Program-made: the position numbers and the translations under genes
Shown here: piece after piece, positions 1-10,008 of the stretch
How positions within the stretch are numbered: position 1 is the stretch's first letter
Layout: the number at the start of each line of letters is the position of its first letter
Notes under the pieces: model-generated
Database searches by the model: none
Told to the model about the DNA's origin: nothing
What the model saw: only the letters and a program-made list of their open reading frames with translations
Assembly (NCBI GenBank): GCA_965205975.1
Contig: OZ242195.1
Location: forward strand, 5,408,001-5,472,000
Direction: 5' to 3'
From: Candidatus Latescibacterota bacterium
GTDB taxonomy: Bacteria; Latescibacterota; UBA2968
Length of the DNA: 64,000 bases

Positions 1-42
1 GGTAATTTCTGTTTGTGCAACGTCTGTGACGGTGATGTCCAT
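1..42 (-). CDS. 5' end of a probable HesB/IscA/SufA-family Fe-S carrier (runs off the window)
   Basis: ATG at 42 preceded by AGGAG; reads MDITVTDVAQTEIT, like A-type carrier N-termini; directly follows the SUF genes. Confidence 0.5.
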   Translation of the reverse strand, partial: MDITVTDVAQTEIT

Positions 43-52
43 GGGGTTTCTC

Positions 53-544
53 CTATGTCAATTGCGGCATTGTGACTTGTAAGAGTTCGTCTGCTTTATG
101 CGCGAGATGATTTTCGAGCTGGTGTCCATCTCCCATCAGGTCTTGCAATGTAATGCGGTCGAGCATCTGGTCAACCACAAATTGGATGGCGTTCCAGAGG
201 GAGCGAATTGAGCAATCGACAGAATGTGTGCAGCAGGCTTCATAGCCGGTGTGTTCGTCGCAAAAGTCTTCATTGAAGAACGGGTCGCCGAGGGTACCGA
301 GTACATCGGAGATCAGGATTTCACTGGCGGGACGAGCCAATTTATACCCGCCGGCTTGACCTCGCACGCTTTCGACGAGGTTGCCCAGGCGCAAGAGGCG
401 GACGAGTTTGCCGACATGGGCGGTGGATAATCCTTCGGCGCGGCTGATTTCGGGAATCGAAATGCTACCACCAGTTTCAGATGCACGCTGTGCTACTTGC
501 ATGAGACAGCGAAGGCCGTATTCTTCTTGCGTGCTCAATTTCAT
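53..544 (-). CDS. Rrf2-family transcriptional regulator (Fe-S cluster regulator type)
   Basis: YGLR helix, SVRGQAGGYKLA wing motif, Cys cluster FCDEHTGYEACCTHSVDC; inside the SUF operon. Confidence 0.9.
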   Translation of the reverse strand: MKLSTQEEYGLRCLMQVAQRASETGGSISIPEISRAEGLSTAHVGKLVRLLRLGNLVESVRGQAGGYKLARPASEILISDVLGTLGDPFFNEDFCDEHTGYEACCTHSVDCSIRSLWNAIQFVVDQMLDRITLQDLMGDGHQLENHLAHKADELLQVTMPQLT

Positions 545-572
545 ACCAAAACCTTTTCAGTAAGAGGCATTG

Positions 573-1013
573 TCAAAACATGCCCAATTCGAGTTTGGCC
601 GCTTCTGACATGCGTTCTGGCGTCCAGGGAGGGTCGAATACGAGGTCGAGTTTGACATCGTAAACGCCTTCGACAGATCGGGCTGCAGATTCGATCTGTC
701 CGGGCAAAATACCCGCGGCGGGGCAATTGGGTGCTGTGAGTGTCATTTGAACGTAGGTATTGCCGTCTTCTTCTACTTTGATTTCGTAGATGAGGCCCAG
801 TTCGTAAATGTCAACGGGGATTTCTGGATCATATACTGTTTTGAGTGCTTTTACGATTTCTTCTTTTACGGCCTCGGTGTCGATGGGGCCTTCTGACGAG
901 GGTTTTTCGAGCGGTGATTCTGGCGCTTCAATATTGTGCATTTCTTCAGTAGGGTCGGAATCATTGTTGGACTGTGCGTCTGTGTCTTTGCGGAAAATGT
1001 TCAGGAGGCTCAT
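573..1013 (-). CDS. sufT: SufT / DUF59 Fe-S assembly factor
   Basis: VYDPEIPVDIYELGLIY, MTLTAPNCP and FDPPW motifs. Confidence 0.9.
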   Translation of the reverse strand: MSLLNIFRKDTDAQSNNDSDPTEEMHNIEAPESPLEKPSSEGPIDTEAVKEEIVKALKTVYDPEIPVDIYELGLIYEIKVEEDGNTYVQMTLTAPNCPAAGILPGQIESAARSVEGVYDVKLDLVFDPPWTPERMSEAAKLELGMF

Positions 1014-1016
1014 GTG

Positions 1017-1469
1017 TTATCTCTCTGTTGTTATGGGAGTTTGGACATTGTCTATGGCTGCCCGAAGCGCGTGCCACGATAGGGTCGCGCATTTGATACG
1101 GATGGGATAGTCACGCACGCCGGCAAAAACGAATAATTTGCCCATCTGGTCGAAGCCGAGATTGCTGGATGGGTCGGTGAGCATCGCTTGAAAGTCTTTG
1201 AAATAGGTTTCTATTTCACCGAGAGTTTTGCCTTTGATGGTTTCGGTCATTAAAGAAGCCGACGCTTTGGAAATGGCGCATCCCGAACCCTGAAAGCCAA
1301 TGTCTTTTATGCGGTCGCCATGGAGTTGGAGATAAACTTCCACTTTATCGCCGCACAGTGGATTGTAGCCTTCGGCAAAGCGGTCTGCTGGATCGAGTAC
1401 GTGAAAATTTCTGGGGTTTTTGTTGTGATCCAGAATGAGTTGCTGATAGAGTTCGCGCAAATCTGACAT
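1017..1469 (-). CDS. sufU: SUF system NifU-family protein SufU
   Basis: LYQQLILDH, NPLCGD, GCAISKAS and RIKCATL motifs. Confidence 0.93.
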   Translation of the reverse strand: MSDLRELYQQLILDHNKNPRNFHVLDPADRFAEGYNPLCGDKVEVYLQLHGDRIKDIGFQGSGCAISKASASLMTETIKGKTLGEIETYFKDFQAMLTDPSSNLGFDQMGKLFVFAGVRDYPIRIKCATLSWHALRAAIDNVQTPITTER

Positions 1470-2749
1470 CAGCCAAAAATCTTTCGCACACTGTGAAGGC
1501 CAGAGACCAGCGCGTCAATGTCTTCACGCGTGTTGTAAAGTGCCAGCGAAGCACGCGTTGCTGCAGGTATGTCGTAGTGTTTCATAATGGGTTGCGCGCA
1601 GTGGTGCCCGGCGCGAACGGCAACGCCGGCCTGGTCGAGAATGGTGCCCACATCGTGGGGATGAATATCGGAGAGGGTAAATGAGAGCACGCCTACTTTG
1701 CGCTCGGCTGTGCCGATCAGGTTGAGGTCCGGCACGTCGCGCAGTGCGTCGTGTGCGTATTCCAGCAGATTGGCTTCGTATTTTGTTGCGCCATCAAAGT
1801 CGATGCTGTTGAGGTAATCAATAGCGGCACCCAGGCCAATACTGCCCGCGATATTGGGCGTTCCCGCTTCAAATTTGTTGGGCGAGTTTCCGTACGTAAT
1901 ATTGTCAAAGTCAACGTTTTGGATCATGCTGCCGCCGCCCTGGTAGGGCGGCATGGTATCGAGATATGTTTCGCAGCCGTACAGGACGCCAATGCCTGTG
2001 GGTGCAAACATTTTGTGTCCCGAGAAGGTGTAGAACTCGCAGCCCAGAGCGCGGACATCCACGCGCTGATGAGGTACGGCTTGTGCGCCGTCGATATGTA
2101 CGGGCACGCCGTGTGCGTGCGCGATTTGCACGATTTCTTCCACGGGATTGACTGTGCCGAGCACATTGGAGATGTGTACGATGGAGACGAGTTTTGTGTG
2201 CGGGGAGAATAGGGTTTGATATGTGTCCATGCAGAGTTCGCCCCGGTCGTTCATGGGGATAACGCGCAGTTTGGCTCCCTTTTCCCGGCAGAGCATCCAC
2301 CAGGGGACGATGTTGGAATGGTGCTCCATTTCAGTGATGATGATTTCATCGCCCTCGCCGATTTGTTCGCGTCCAAAGGTTTGTGCAATGAGATTGATGC
2401 CTTCGGTGGTTCCGCGCACAAAGATGATTTCTCTGTCTGAGGTCGCGTTGATAAAGGTCGCCACTTTTCTTCTGGCGGCTTCATAAACATCGGTCGCTAT
2501 TTGCGAGAGGTGGTGTACGCCTCTGTGTACATTGGCATTCTGGTCGGTGTAATAATGCGAGAGGGCATCGATGACCGCGCGGGGTTTTTGCGCTGTGGCG
2601 CCATTGTCGAGGTACACGAGCGGTTGCCCCTGGACTTGTTGGCCCAAAATGGGGAAGTCCGCGCGAATGCGGCGCACGTCAAAAGGCAGTGCTGGACGCA
2701 CGGCTGTCTCGGGCGGCTGAAGTGTTAATATGTCCAGAGGCGAATTCAT
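1469..2749 (-). CDS. sufS: Cysteine desulfurase SufS
   Basis: YLDNGATAQKP, FSGHKM (PLP Lys) and RAGHHCA (catalytic Cys). Confidence 0.96.
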   Translation of the reverse strand: MNSPLDILTLQPPETAVRPALPFDVRRIRADFPILGQQVQGQPLVYLDNGATAQKPRAVIDALSHYYTDQNANVHRGVHHLSQIATDVYEAARRKVATFINATSDREIIFVRGTTEGINLIAQTFGREQIGEGDEIIITEMEHHSNIVPWWMLCREKGAKLRVIPMNDRGELCMDTYQTLFSPHTKLVSIVHISNVLGTVNPVEEIVQIAHAHGVPVHIDGAQAVPHQRVDVRALGCEFYTFSGHKMFAPTGIGVLYGCETYLDTMPPYQGGGSMIQNVDFDNITYGNSPNKFEAGTPNIAGSIGLGAAIDYLNSIDFDGATKYEANLLEYAHDALRDVPDLNLIGTAERKVGVLSFTLSDIHPHDVGTILDQAGVAVRAGHHCAQPIMKHYDIPAATRASLALYNTREDIDALVSGLHSVRKIFG

Positions 2750-4071
2750 GCCGTGTCCTTTGCCTCGATGTGTTCGAGACGGGTGTCGATTAAGTCGCTG
2801 AGGTGCGACCGCACGGGGGCAAGGGTCACGCGCCCGATAATATCATCGGCAAAAGCGCGGAGCAAAATTCGCTTTGCCTCGGCTTTGGGAATGCCGCGCG
2901 CTTGCAGGTAAAAGAGCGCGTTTTCGTCGAGTTGGCCTATTGTTGCGCCATGCGAGCATTTGACTTCGTCGGCATAGATTTCGAGCTGGGGTTTGGTATT
3001 GACGCGTGCGTTGTCCGAAAGCAGAATATTTTCGTTTTGCTGGTACGCATCGGTGTGTTGCGCTTTTTGATGTACGTGAATTTTTCCCCGAAAAATTGCG
3101 CGCGATGAGCCTCCCAGAATCCCTTTGTAGAGTTCGTGACTGGGGCAATGGGGTTCGGCGTGCTCCAGCAGGGTATAGTTATCGACTTGTTGTGATCCTT
3201 CGAGGGCGTAGAATCCATTTACAGTGGCTTCACTGCCTTCGCCGCGCATGTACGCGCTTACGTCATTGCGAACAAATGCCCCGCCGAGTGTAAAATCGTG
3301 AAAGGTCATCCTGCTGCTGCGCCCGAGTTGTGCCTGAAAATTGGCGACGTGCAAACCCGCTGTGCCCTGCAATTCGAGGCGGATACAATTCACGCTGGCG
3401 TTGTCGCGGGCGATGATTTCTGTGACTGCATTGGTAAAATAGGTCTCTGTGCCCGTTCCCGAGTATGTTTCAACAATTGAGAGCTGACTGTTCTCATCGG
3501 CAATGATCAGGTTGCGCGGATGAGATATTGTGGGGGTTTCAGACACCGTTGTGATATAGAGGATATGTATGGGGACTTCAACTGTGACATTTGACTGAAC
3601 ATGGATGAATACGCCATCGCGCATGAATGCCGTATTGAGGGCGGTGAAGGCTAAATCTGCGGTTTGTGCGAGTTTGCCCAGGTGCGCTTTGACGAGTGAA
3701 TGGTCGTAAACATCGGCGAGGTTGGCAATGGTTATGCCTTCTGGTGTGTCAGATGTGTGTTCTGGCGCGTAATACCCGTTGACGAATACGAGGCGGATGG
3801 CCTGCAGGTCGGGATAGATGAAGGGTTCCAGTTCTGCGTCTGCAAGGGCGGTAGGAGCTGCAGGCTCAAAATCGGTTCTGGTGAGCGCAGATGGATTCAC
3901 GCTTTTCCAGGCTTCATCCGCTGTGGTGGGATATCCCAGGCGGTCAAAGTCGGCTATTGCGCGTTGGCGCAATGCTCGCAGTGGTTGACCATTGAGGCTG
4001 GATTCAAATTTTTGAATCCAGGATGTGTGATTAGACGCTGTGTGTCGCGTGTTCTTCTTTGATCCAGTCAT
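2746..4071 (-). CDS. sufD: Fe-S cluster assembly protein SufD
   Basis: [19 protein letters not shown] and LFYLQARGI; start taken at ATG 4071 (MTGSKK), overlapping the sufC end. Confidence 0.93.
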   Translation of the reverse strand: MTGSKKNTRHTASNHTSWIQKFESSLNGQPLRALRQRAIADFDRLGYPTTADEAWKSVNPSALTRTDFEPAAPTALADAELEPFIYPDLQAIRLVFVNGYYAPEHTSDTPEGITIANLADVYDHSLVKAHLGKLAQTADLAFTALNTAFMRDGVFIHVQSNVTVEVPIHILYITTVSETPTISHPRNLIIADENSQLSIVETYSGTGTETYFTNAVTEIIARDNASVNCIRLELQGTAGLHVANFQAQLGRSSRMTFHDFTLGGAFVRNDVSAYMRGEGSEATVNGFYALEGSQQVDNYTLLEHAEPHCPSHELYKGILGGSSRAIFRGKIHVHQKAQHTDAYQQNENILLSDNARVNTKPQLEIYADEVKCSHGATIGQLDENALFYLQARGIPKAEAKRILLRAFADDIIGRVTLAPVRSHLSDLIDTRLEHIEAKDTA

Positions 4072-4792
4072 AGCCTTTTTCTTCCAGTTCCAGGGCGAGT
4101 GTTTTATCGCCCGATTGCACGATGCGCCCGTCGAGCATAACGTGGACCACGTCGGGCACGATATTGTTGAGCAAGCGCTGATAGTGCGTGACCACAATGG
4201 TCGCTTTGTCCGCGCTGTGGAGTGTATTGACGCCGTTGGCTACAACGCGCAGGGCGTCGATATCAAGTCCAGAATCGGTTTCGTCGAGTATGGCGAGGCG
4301 GGGTTCTAAAACGGCCATTTGCAGTATTTCATGGCGTTTTTTTTCGCCGCCAGAAAAGCCCTCGTTGACCGAACGTTTGAGGAATTTTTCGTCCATTTCG
4401 ACCAGTTTGAGTTTGTCGCGAATCAGTGTGAGAAAGTCTATGGCATCGACTTCTTCTTCATCTCTGGCCGTTCGAAGGGCGTTGAGTGCGGTGCGCAAGA
4501 AGTACGCGCTGTTGACACCGGGTATTTCTACCGGGTACTGAAAGGCGAGGAAGACGCCCTGTGCTGCGCGTTCATCCGGGTCCATATCGAGCAGGTCCTG
4601 GCCTTCGTAGATGACTTCGCCTTCTGTAACACCATAGGCTTCGTGACCTGCGAGTACCTGAGCCAATGTGCTTTTGCCCGACCCGTTGGGTCCCATAATG
4701 GCGTGAATTTCTCCCGCGTTGACCGTGAGGTCGATGCCGTGAAGAATTTCCGCGTCTTCCACACCTGCGTGCAGGTTCCGAATTTCGAGCAT
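4031..4792 (-). CDS. sufC: Fe-S cluster assembly ATPase SufC
   Basis: [31 protein letters not shown] and [11 protein letters not shown]. Confidence 0.97.
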   Translation of the reverse strand: MLEIRNLHAGVEDAEILHGIDLTVNAGEIHAIMGPNGSGKSTLAQVLAGHEAYGVTEGEVIYEGQDLLDMDPDERAAQGVFLAFQYPVEIPGVNSAYFLRTALNALRTARDEEEVDAIDFLTLIRDKLKLVEMDEKFLKRSVNEGFSGGEKKRHEILQMAVLEPRLAILDETDSGLDIDALRVVANGVNTLHSADKATIVVTHYQRLLNNIVPDVVHVMLDGRIVQSGDKTLALELEEKGYDWIKEEHATHSV

Positions 4793-4816
4793 GTTATTTT
4801 TTCCTTAAATTGAGAT

Positions 4817-6286
4817 CTAACCGACGCTGCCTTCGAGGCTGATGCCGAGGAGTTTTTGGGCTTCGACTGCAAATTCCATGGGCAGTTCTGCGAGGACTTC
4901 TTTGCAGAAGCCGTTGACGATCATTGAGACGGCGTCTTCTGTGGAGATGCCGCGCTGGTTGCAATAGAAGATCTGGTCTTCGCCAATTTTGGATGTGGTG
5001 GCTTCGTGTTCGACCTGCGCGGATGGGTTGCGCACGTCGATATAGGGAAAGGTGTGTGCGCCGCACTGGTCGCCGATGAGCATGGAGTCGCATTGGGTAA
5101 AGTTTCTGGCGTTGTGCGCGCCTTTGAGCACTTGCACGGCGCCGCGATAGGTGTTTTGTCCACGCAGGGCGGATATGCCTTTGGAGATGACGGTACTTCG
5201 GGTGTTTTTCCCAATGTGGATCATTTTTGTGCCGGTGTCTGCCTGTTGCTTGAGGGAGGTGACGGCGACAGAGTAAAATTCGCCAACTGAGTTGTCACCC
5301 TGAAGAATGCAACTGGGATATTTCCAGGTGATGGCCGATCCGGTTTCGACCTGTGTCCAGGAGATTTTGGAATTTGCGCCCCGGCAGGCACCGCGTTTGG
5401 TGACAAAGTTATAGATGCCGCCTTTGCCGTCTATGTCGCCGGGATACCAGTTTTGGACGGTGGAGTATTTGATCTGTGCATTGTCGAGTGCGACGAGTTC
5501 GACCACGGCGGCGTGAAGTTGATTTTCATCGCGCATTGGCGCCGTACACCCTTCCAAATACGATACATAAGCACCTTCTTCGGCGATGACGAGCGTGCGC
5601 TCAAATTGTCCGGTGTTGGCGGCGTTGATGCGGAAATAAGTCGATAATTCCATTGGACAGCGCACGCCTTTGGGGATATAACAGAAGGATCCATCGCTAA
5701 AGACAGCCGAGTTGAGGGCGGCAAAATAATTGTCGGTGTGCGGGACGACAGAACCGAGATACTGGCGCACGAGGTCGGGGTGATCTTGTACGGCTTCTGA
5801 AAAAGAGCAAAAGATAACGCCTGCTTCTGCCAGTGTTTCCTTAAAGGTGGTAGCGACCGAGACGCTGTCAAAGACCGCATCGACAGCCACACCGGCGAGC
5901 ATTTTTTGCTCTTCGAGGGGGATGCCGAGTTTTTCATAGGTGGCGAGCAGTTCGGGATCGACTTCGTCCAGGCTTGCGGGACCATCGCCTGCGTTTTTCG
6001 GTGCTGAGTAATACACGATGCTTTGATAGTCGATATCGGGATAGGTAACCATGGCCCACTGTTCGCTTTTTTTGCGTTTGAGCGGGTCTGTCATGGTCAG
6101 CCAGTGGCGATAGGCTTTTAAACGCCATTCGAGCAGCCAATCGGGTTCATTTTTTTTCTCTGAAATAAATCGAATAATATCTTCATTCAGACCTGGGGGT
6201 GCAGATTCTTGCTCGATATCTGTCACCCATCCAAATTTGTAATCACTCGTTGCGAGCGTTTCAAGTTCCTGGGTCTGTGAACTCAT
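4817..6286 (-). CDS. sufB: Fe-S cluster assembly protein SufB
   Basis: [21 protein letters not shown] and [13 protein letters not shown] 6286 follows AAAGGAG. Confidence 0.97.
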   Translation of the reverse strand: MSSQTQELETLATSDYKFGWVTDIEQESAPPGLNEDIIRFISEKKNEPDWLLEWRLKAYRHWLTMTDPLKRKKSEQWAMVTYPDIDYQSIVYYSAPKNAGDGPASLDEVDPELLATYEKLGIPLEEQKMLAGVAVDAVFDSVSVATTFKETLAEAGVIFCSFSEAVQDHPDLVRQYLGSVVPHTDNYFAALNSAVFSDGSFCYIPKGVRCPMELSTYFRINAANTGQFERTLVIAEEGAYVSYLEGCTAPMRDENQLHAAVVELVALDNAQIKYSTVQNWYPGDIDGKGGIYNFVTKRGACRGANSKISWTQVETGSAITWKYPSCILQGDNSVGEFYSVAVTSLKQQADTGTKMIHIGKNTRSTVISKGISALRGQNTYRGAVQVLKGAHNARNFTQCDSMLIGDQCGAHTFPYIDVRNPSAQVEHEATTSKIGEDQIFYCNQRGISTEDAVSMIVNGFCKEVLAELPMEFAVEAQKLLGISLEGSVG

Positions 6287-6330
6287 TGTAGCACTCCTTT
6301 TGAGGTCTAAAAAGTAGTCGCGCAATGGCT

Positions 6331-6359
6331 AACTTACCCAAAGCATACAAAAATGTCAA
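6331..6359 (-). promoter_or_regulatory. Sigma70-type promoter of the suf operon
   Basis: TTGACA-17 bp-TAAGTT on the minus strand upstream of sufB. Confidence 0.55.
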
Positions 6360-6418
6360 GATTAAAGACGAAAAAAATAAACAAGGTATTCTACATCTGA
6401 TCGGTCCTGTGCATACGA

Positions 6419-6841
6419 CTATCCCCAGGCCTTGCCGCTGGCACGTCTGCGACGCTTGCTGCCGGGCAGGTCTTTTTTGGCAACGGCAAAGCCGAGTAGC
6501 CCTTTTTGCCCGAGTTTTTTGAGATAGGCGAGGAGTGATATTTCGGCTTCTTTTACATTGAGTTGGTGGGTTTTGCTCAGGCGTCTGATGATGGCTTCGA
6601 CGGTTGTGCGCCCGTCGCACATATCCCAGACCTGTGCGCCTATTTCGTCGAGTACCAGTGTTTTCTGTTGGGGGATCCAAAAAATTTTAGATAGCGTGCG
6701 TACTTTCCACGAATCGCCGCGGGTAAGGGTGACGTGGATCTCGCCATCGTCGTTTTTTTCCCATTCGACCTGATTGTTGCGAACGGGTTTGGATTGGAAC
6801 ATGGCCTCGCGACCAATTTTGGGTTGTTTTTTGAATAGCAT
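6419..6841 (-). CDS. Stand-alone PqqD / RRE-family protein
   Basis: LDEIGAQVWDMCDGRTTVEAII...LKKLGQKGLL matches the PqqD winged-helix pattern. Confidence 0.8.
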   Translation of the reverse strand: MLFKKQPKIGREAMFQSKPVRNNQVEWEKNDDGEIHVTLTRGDSWKVRTLSKIFWIPQQKTLVLDEIGAQVWDMCDGRTTVEAIIRRLSKTHQLNVKEAEISLLAYLKKLGQKGLLGFAVAKKDLPGSKRRRRASGKAWG

Positions 6842-6880
6842 AACAGGACTCCGCTGAATAGACAGGGTAAATGTATTCTG

Positions 6881-7822
6881 TCAGGAAATGGCTGTTACAT
6901 CTTTGCAATAGGCATCGAGGTTTGGGGCACCTTCGGATTTTTTCCAGAAGGTCTGTACAACAAAAATTTTATTGGTCTCCATATCGGTCCAAATCCGTCC
7001 CGAAAGATTCTGGCGGGGGCGCATGTTCCAAAAGGGCAAGGGTTGAAGAAAGCCCTGCCATCGGCTTTTAGGATGTCCATTGACCGATAGTACGATGTTG
7101 GTGCCCAGGGTTTGGATATCGGTTTCAATGTGAATATGTCGAAGGTCTTTTGTAAAAAATTCAACATACCATTCATCGAGGTCTTTGCTATTGAGGATTG
7201 TGCGCGCTAAGCTGAAGCGGTCAATATTGAGCCGCGTGCTGTCTTTTTGAAATCTCAAGCCTATATGCCCGGATTTGAGTTCAAAATTTTCGAGTTCGTA
7301 TTCTGGGGGCGATTGGCAGATCATATCGTAGAGTGCCCAGGTCAGGGGGCCGCCGGGCGGGGTGTCTCGAAGGGTGTTGAGGACGAGGGGCAAAACGGCG
7401 TCGAGATTTTCGTCTGTGCGTCCCATAATTCGAATGAAAATGAGCCGATCCGAGGCTGGACTATACGTTGCAAGGGTGTGTACTGTGTAACGCGATTGCC
7501 AAACAAAATACTGCGTGTTTTGCATGGTGGGAAGATCGAGGTCAATGGCTTTGGGGTTGCGTTCAACGCGCAGGCGGCTTTTTTGTTTTTTGGCATTTTT
7601 TGCCAGACCTTCGATGTAGCGATCCACAATTTGCGCCACGCGGTCATCCCCCCGTGCTTCTTTCCATTCGAGTTCGAGGCGTGCAATTTGGGAATCGTCG
7701 AGGCGCACTTCGCCCGAGTTGGCCTCTCCCGATATTTTGCCCGGGTTCCATTCTGATGGTATGGTCAGGCCAATGCCATGCCAGGCAAAGGGTATGTATT
7801 CGTCAAATGTGAGATTTTTCAT
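6881..7822 (-). CDS. Hypothetical protein, possibly two tandem PsbP/DcrB-like domains
   Basis: 313-aa ORF with its own promoter; the halves begin similarly (FAWHGIGLTIPSEW and WALYDMICQSPPEY). Confidence 0.7.
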   Translation of the reverse strand: MKNLTFDEYIPFAWHGIGLTIPSEWNPGKISGEANSGEVRLDDSQIARLELEWKEARGDDRVAQIVDRYIEGLAKNAKKQKSRLRVERNPKAIDLDLPTMQNTQYFVWQSRYTVHTLATYSPASDRLIFIRIMGRTDENLDAVLPLVLNTLRDTPPGGPLTWALYDMICQSPPEYELENFELKSGHIGLRFQKDSTRLNIDRFSLARTILNSKDLDEWYVEFFTKDLRHIHIETDIQTLGTNIVLSVNGHPKSRWQGFLQPLPFWNMRPRQNLSGRIWTDMETNKIFVVQTFWKKSEGAPNLDAYCKDVTAIS

Positions 7823-7866
7823 GGTGTTTTTCCGTTCAGTGCTCGTGTGTCTGCGCTCACACAGAT

Positions 7867-7895
7867 AAGATACAAGGGGGTATTTGCGGTGTCAA
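7867..7895 (-). promoter_or_regulatory. Sigma70-type promoter for the 313-aa gene and PqqD gene
   Basis: TTGACA-17 bp-TATCTT on the minus strand. Confidence 0.6.
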
Positions 7896-7985
7896 GAGAG
7901 GATATATAGATGTATTTACGTTGTTTAGAATGGGCGAGATGGGGAAAGACAATACATTTTTTTAAAAATTATTTGAGATGATAAC

Positions 7986-8014
7986 TTGACGGATGCACGA
8001 ACGTTCACTATATT
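7986..8014 (+). promoter_or_regulatory. lexA promoter with a candidate LexA operator in the spacer
   Basis: TTGACG-17 bp-TATATT; the spacer contains the imperfect palindrome TGCAC-GAAC-GTTCA (7994-8007). Confidence 0.6.
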
Positions 8015-8069
8015 CAAATGTGCAGGTTATGGATATACGCGTTTTGGACTAATAATAAGGAGGTGTGTT

Positions 8070-8699
8070 ATGCGAAAAAAACTAACTGCGCGCCAACAGG
8101 AGATATACGATTTTATCGCTCAGGTGATTCGCGATCAGGGATATCCGCCTACGATCCGAGAAATTATGGAGGCTTTTGGGATTGCTTCAACCAATGGTGT
8201 GCGAACCACGCTGTCTGCATTGGAAAAGAAAGGGTATATTCGGCGGACTGCTATGTTGTCGCGCAGCATTGAGCTGACGGATTATCAGGCACGCGATGCC
8301 TCGCTTTCCGGGGATGTGCGCGAAGTGCCAGTGATTGGGCGCGTTGCTGCCGGTGAACCGATTCTGGCGATGGAAAATATTGAGAGCACGCTTGCGGTAG
8401 ATTCCGGGTTTGTGCCGCGCGGCGATGTTTTTGCCCTTCAGGTTGAGGGTGATAGCATGCGCGATGCAGGGATATTAGATGGCGATTTTGTGCTCGCGCG
8501 CCATCAAGAATCCGCCCATCAAGGTGAGATTGTCGTGGCTGTGATTGGCGAAGAAGCGACGGTTAAGCGCTACTATCGAGAAGGGTCACAAGTCAAGCTG
8601 ATACCCGAAAATGAAGCCTATCAACCCATTGTGGTGGGTGATAGCCACGAGTCATTCCGAATTGCCGGTAAAATTGTGGGTTTGATGCGATCTTTTTAG
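8070..8699 (+). CDS. lexA: SOS repressor LexA
   Basis: LTARQQEIYDFI, GYPPTIREI, GRVAAGEP cleavage site, GDSM Ser and TVKR Lys; AAGGAGG SD before ATG 8070. Confidence 0.96.
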   Translation: MRKKLTARQQEIYDFIAQVIRDQGYPPTIREIMEAFGIASTNGVRTTLSALEKKGYIRRTAMLSRSIELTDYQARDASLSGDVREVPVIGRVAAGEPILAMENIESTLAVDSGFVPRGDVFALQVEGDSMRDAGILDGDFVLARHQESAHQGEIVVAVIGEEATVKRYYREGSQVKLIPENEAYQPIVVGDSHESFRIAGKIVGLMRSF

Positions 8700-8723
8700 A
8701 TGTGGTGGGATGTTTAAGAGCAC

Positions 8724-8755
8724 AAAAGAGAGGTCTTAACAGATCTCTCTTTTTT
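8724..8755. terminator. Bidirectional intrinsic terminator between lexA and dprA
   Basis: AAAAGAGAGGTCT-TAAC-AGATCTCTCTTTTTT hairpin. Confidence 0.75.
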
Positions 8756-9851
8756 ATTTTTTTATCTTGAAATGCATGCCGGATAGTTGTTCGACAAGGC
8801 CCTTGATTTCGAGGCTCAAGAGGATGTTGAGGGTTTCTCCAGAAGAGAATTCCACAGCTTTGGTGAGGGCATCAATATGTACCGGAGTCGCATCGTCAGA
8901 CGGGTTGGCAAGAGCGTCCCATACGCGTTGTTCTCGGTCAGATAAGACAGGTTGCTCAGAGGGGTGAGGGGGGAGTGCTGGCCGATGTTCAATTTCGTTC
9001 AAGATGTCTTGTGTCGTTTGTACGAGAATGGCTCCCTGGCCGAGGAGGCTATTTGTGCCCTGACTTTTGCCCGAATAAATTGGACCGGGTACGGCAAAGA
9101 CATCGCGGTTCTGGTCAAGTGCAAATTGAGCTGTGATGAGGGCGCCGCTCTGTTTGCCCGCTTCAACAACGACTGTGCCGAGGCTCAAGCCACTGATAAT
9201 GCGGTTGCGTCTTGGAAAGTTGTGGGCTTCTGGGGTAGTGCCCATTGGGAATTCTGAGAAAGCCACACCGCGTTCACATATTTGTTGAAATAGGGTGCGA
9301 TTTTCAGGTGGATAAGGACAATCCAGGCTGCTGCCGAGTACTGCTGCTGTTGCGCCGTGTTCGAGTGCCCCCCGGTGTGCATGGGTATCAATGCCAACGG
9401 CCATGCCGCTGACCACTGTGACCCCTGCTCTGGCGAGATCACTTCCCAGGCGATGCGCGGTTTCTCGTCCATAAGTCGTGAAAGAGCGCGAACCGACAAT
9501 GCTGATGGTAGGGCTGTGACACAGGCTTATATCGCCTTTTGCAAAGAGCAGAGGTGGTGGGGCGTAGATTTGATTTAGTATTTCGGGATAGAGGGGATCG
9601 GTGAGCGTGCAGATCTGGATGTCGAGGTCTTTTGCGCGTGCGATTTGATCTCGCGCCCATGTCCAGTTCCGTTTGGTAGAGATAGATTGCGCGGTGCTGG
9701 GGCCAATACCGGGGATCTCGCACAGCGCTCTGGGAGATTGGGAAAGAATATTTTCCGGCGTTTCAAAATGTTCGAGAAGAGCGCAATAGGCAGCGGGACC
9801 CAGGCCCGGTACCGCGTAGAGTACCAGCCAGGATAGGGTGTGGTCACACAT
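8754..9851 (-). CDS. dprA: DNA-processing protein DprA
   Basis: IVGSRS, VSGMAVGIDTHAH, FPRRNRIISGLS, SGALITA and DVFAVPG. Confidence 0.95.
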   Translation of the reverse strand: MCDHTLSWLVLYAVPGLGPAAYCALLEHFETPENILSQSPRALCEIPGIGPSTAQSISTKRNWTWARDQIARAKDLDIQICTLTDPLYPEILNQIYAPPPLLFAKGDISLCHSPTISIVGSRSFTTYGRETAHRLGSDLARAGVTVVSGMAVGIDTHAHRGALEHGATAAVLGSSLDCPYPPENRTLFQQICERGVAFSEFPMGTTPEAHNFPRRNRIISGLSLGTVVVEAGKQSGALITAQFALDQNRDVFAVPGPIYSGKSQGTNSLLGQGAILVQTTQDILNEIEHRPALPPHPSEQPVLSDREQRVWDALANPSDDATPVHIDALTKAVEFSSGETLNILLSLEIKGLVEQLSGMHFKIKK

Positions 9852-9905
9852 AATGTCTCGTTTGGGGTGAAGGTTTTTAGGGATATAGACAGCAATGTTT
9901 ATGCC

Positions 9906-9936
9906 AAAAAAAAAGCCCGTTAAATGGGCTTTTTTT
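9906..9936. terminator. Intrinsic terminator downstream of the sulfatase
   Basis: A9-GCCC-loop-GGGC-T7. Confidence 0.7.
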
Positions 9937-10008
9937 CTTTTTTATGTGAATATTTTGTTCACAATGCGGATGATGGGTTGAAATATTTGAATACTGGAAG
10001 AGAAGGAT

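Noticed and set aside
4817..7822. PqqD pair as part of the suf operon
   Set aside because: sufB has its own TTGACA-17-TAAGTT promoter at 6331-6359, so co-orientation alone does not show a link
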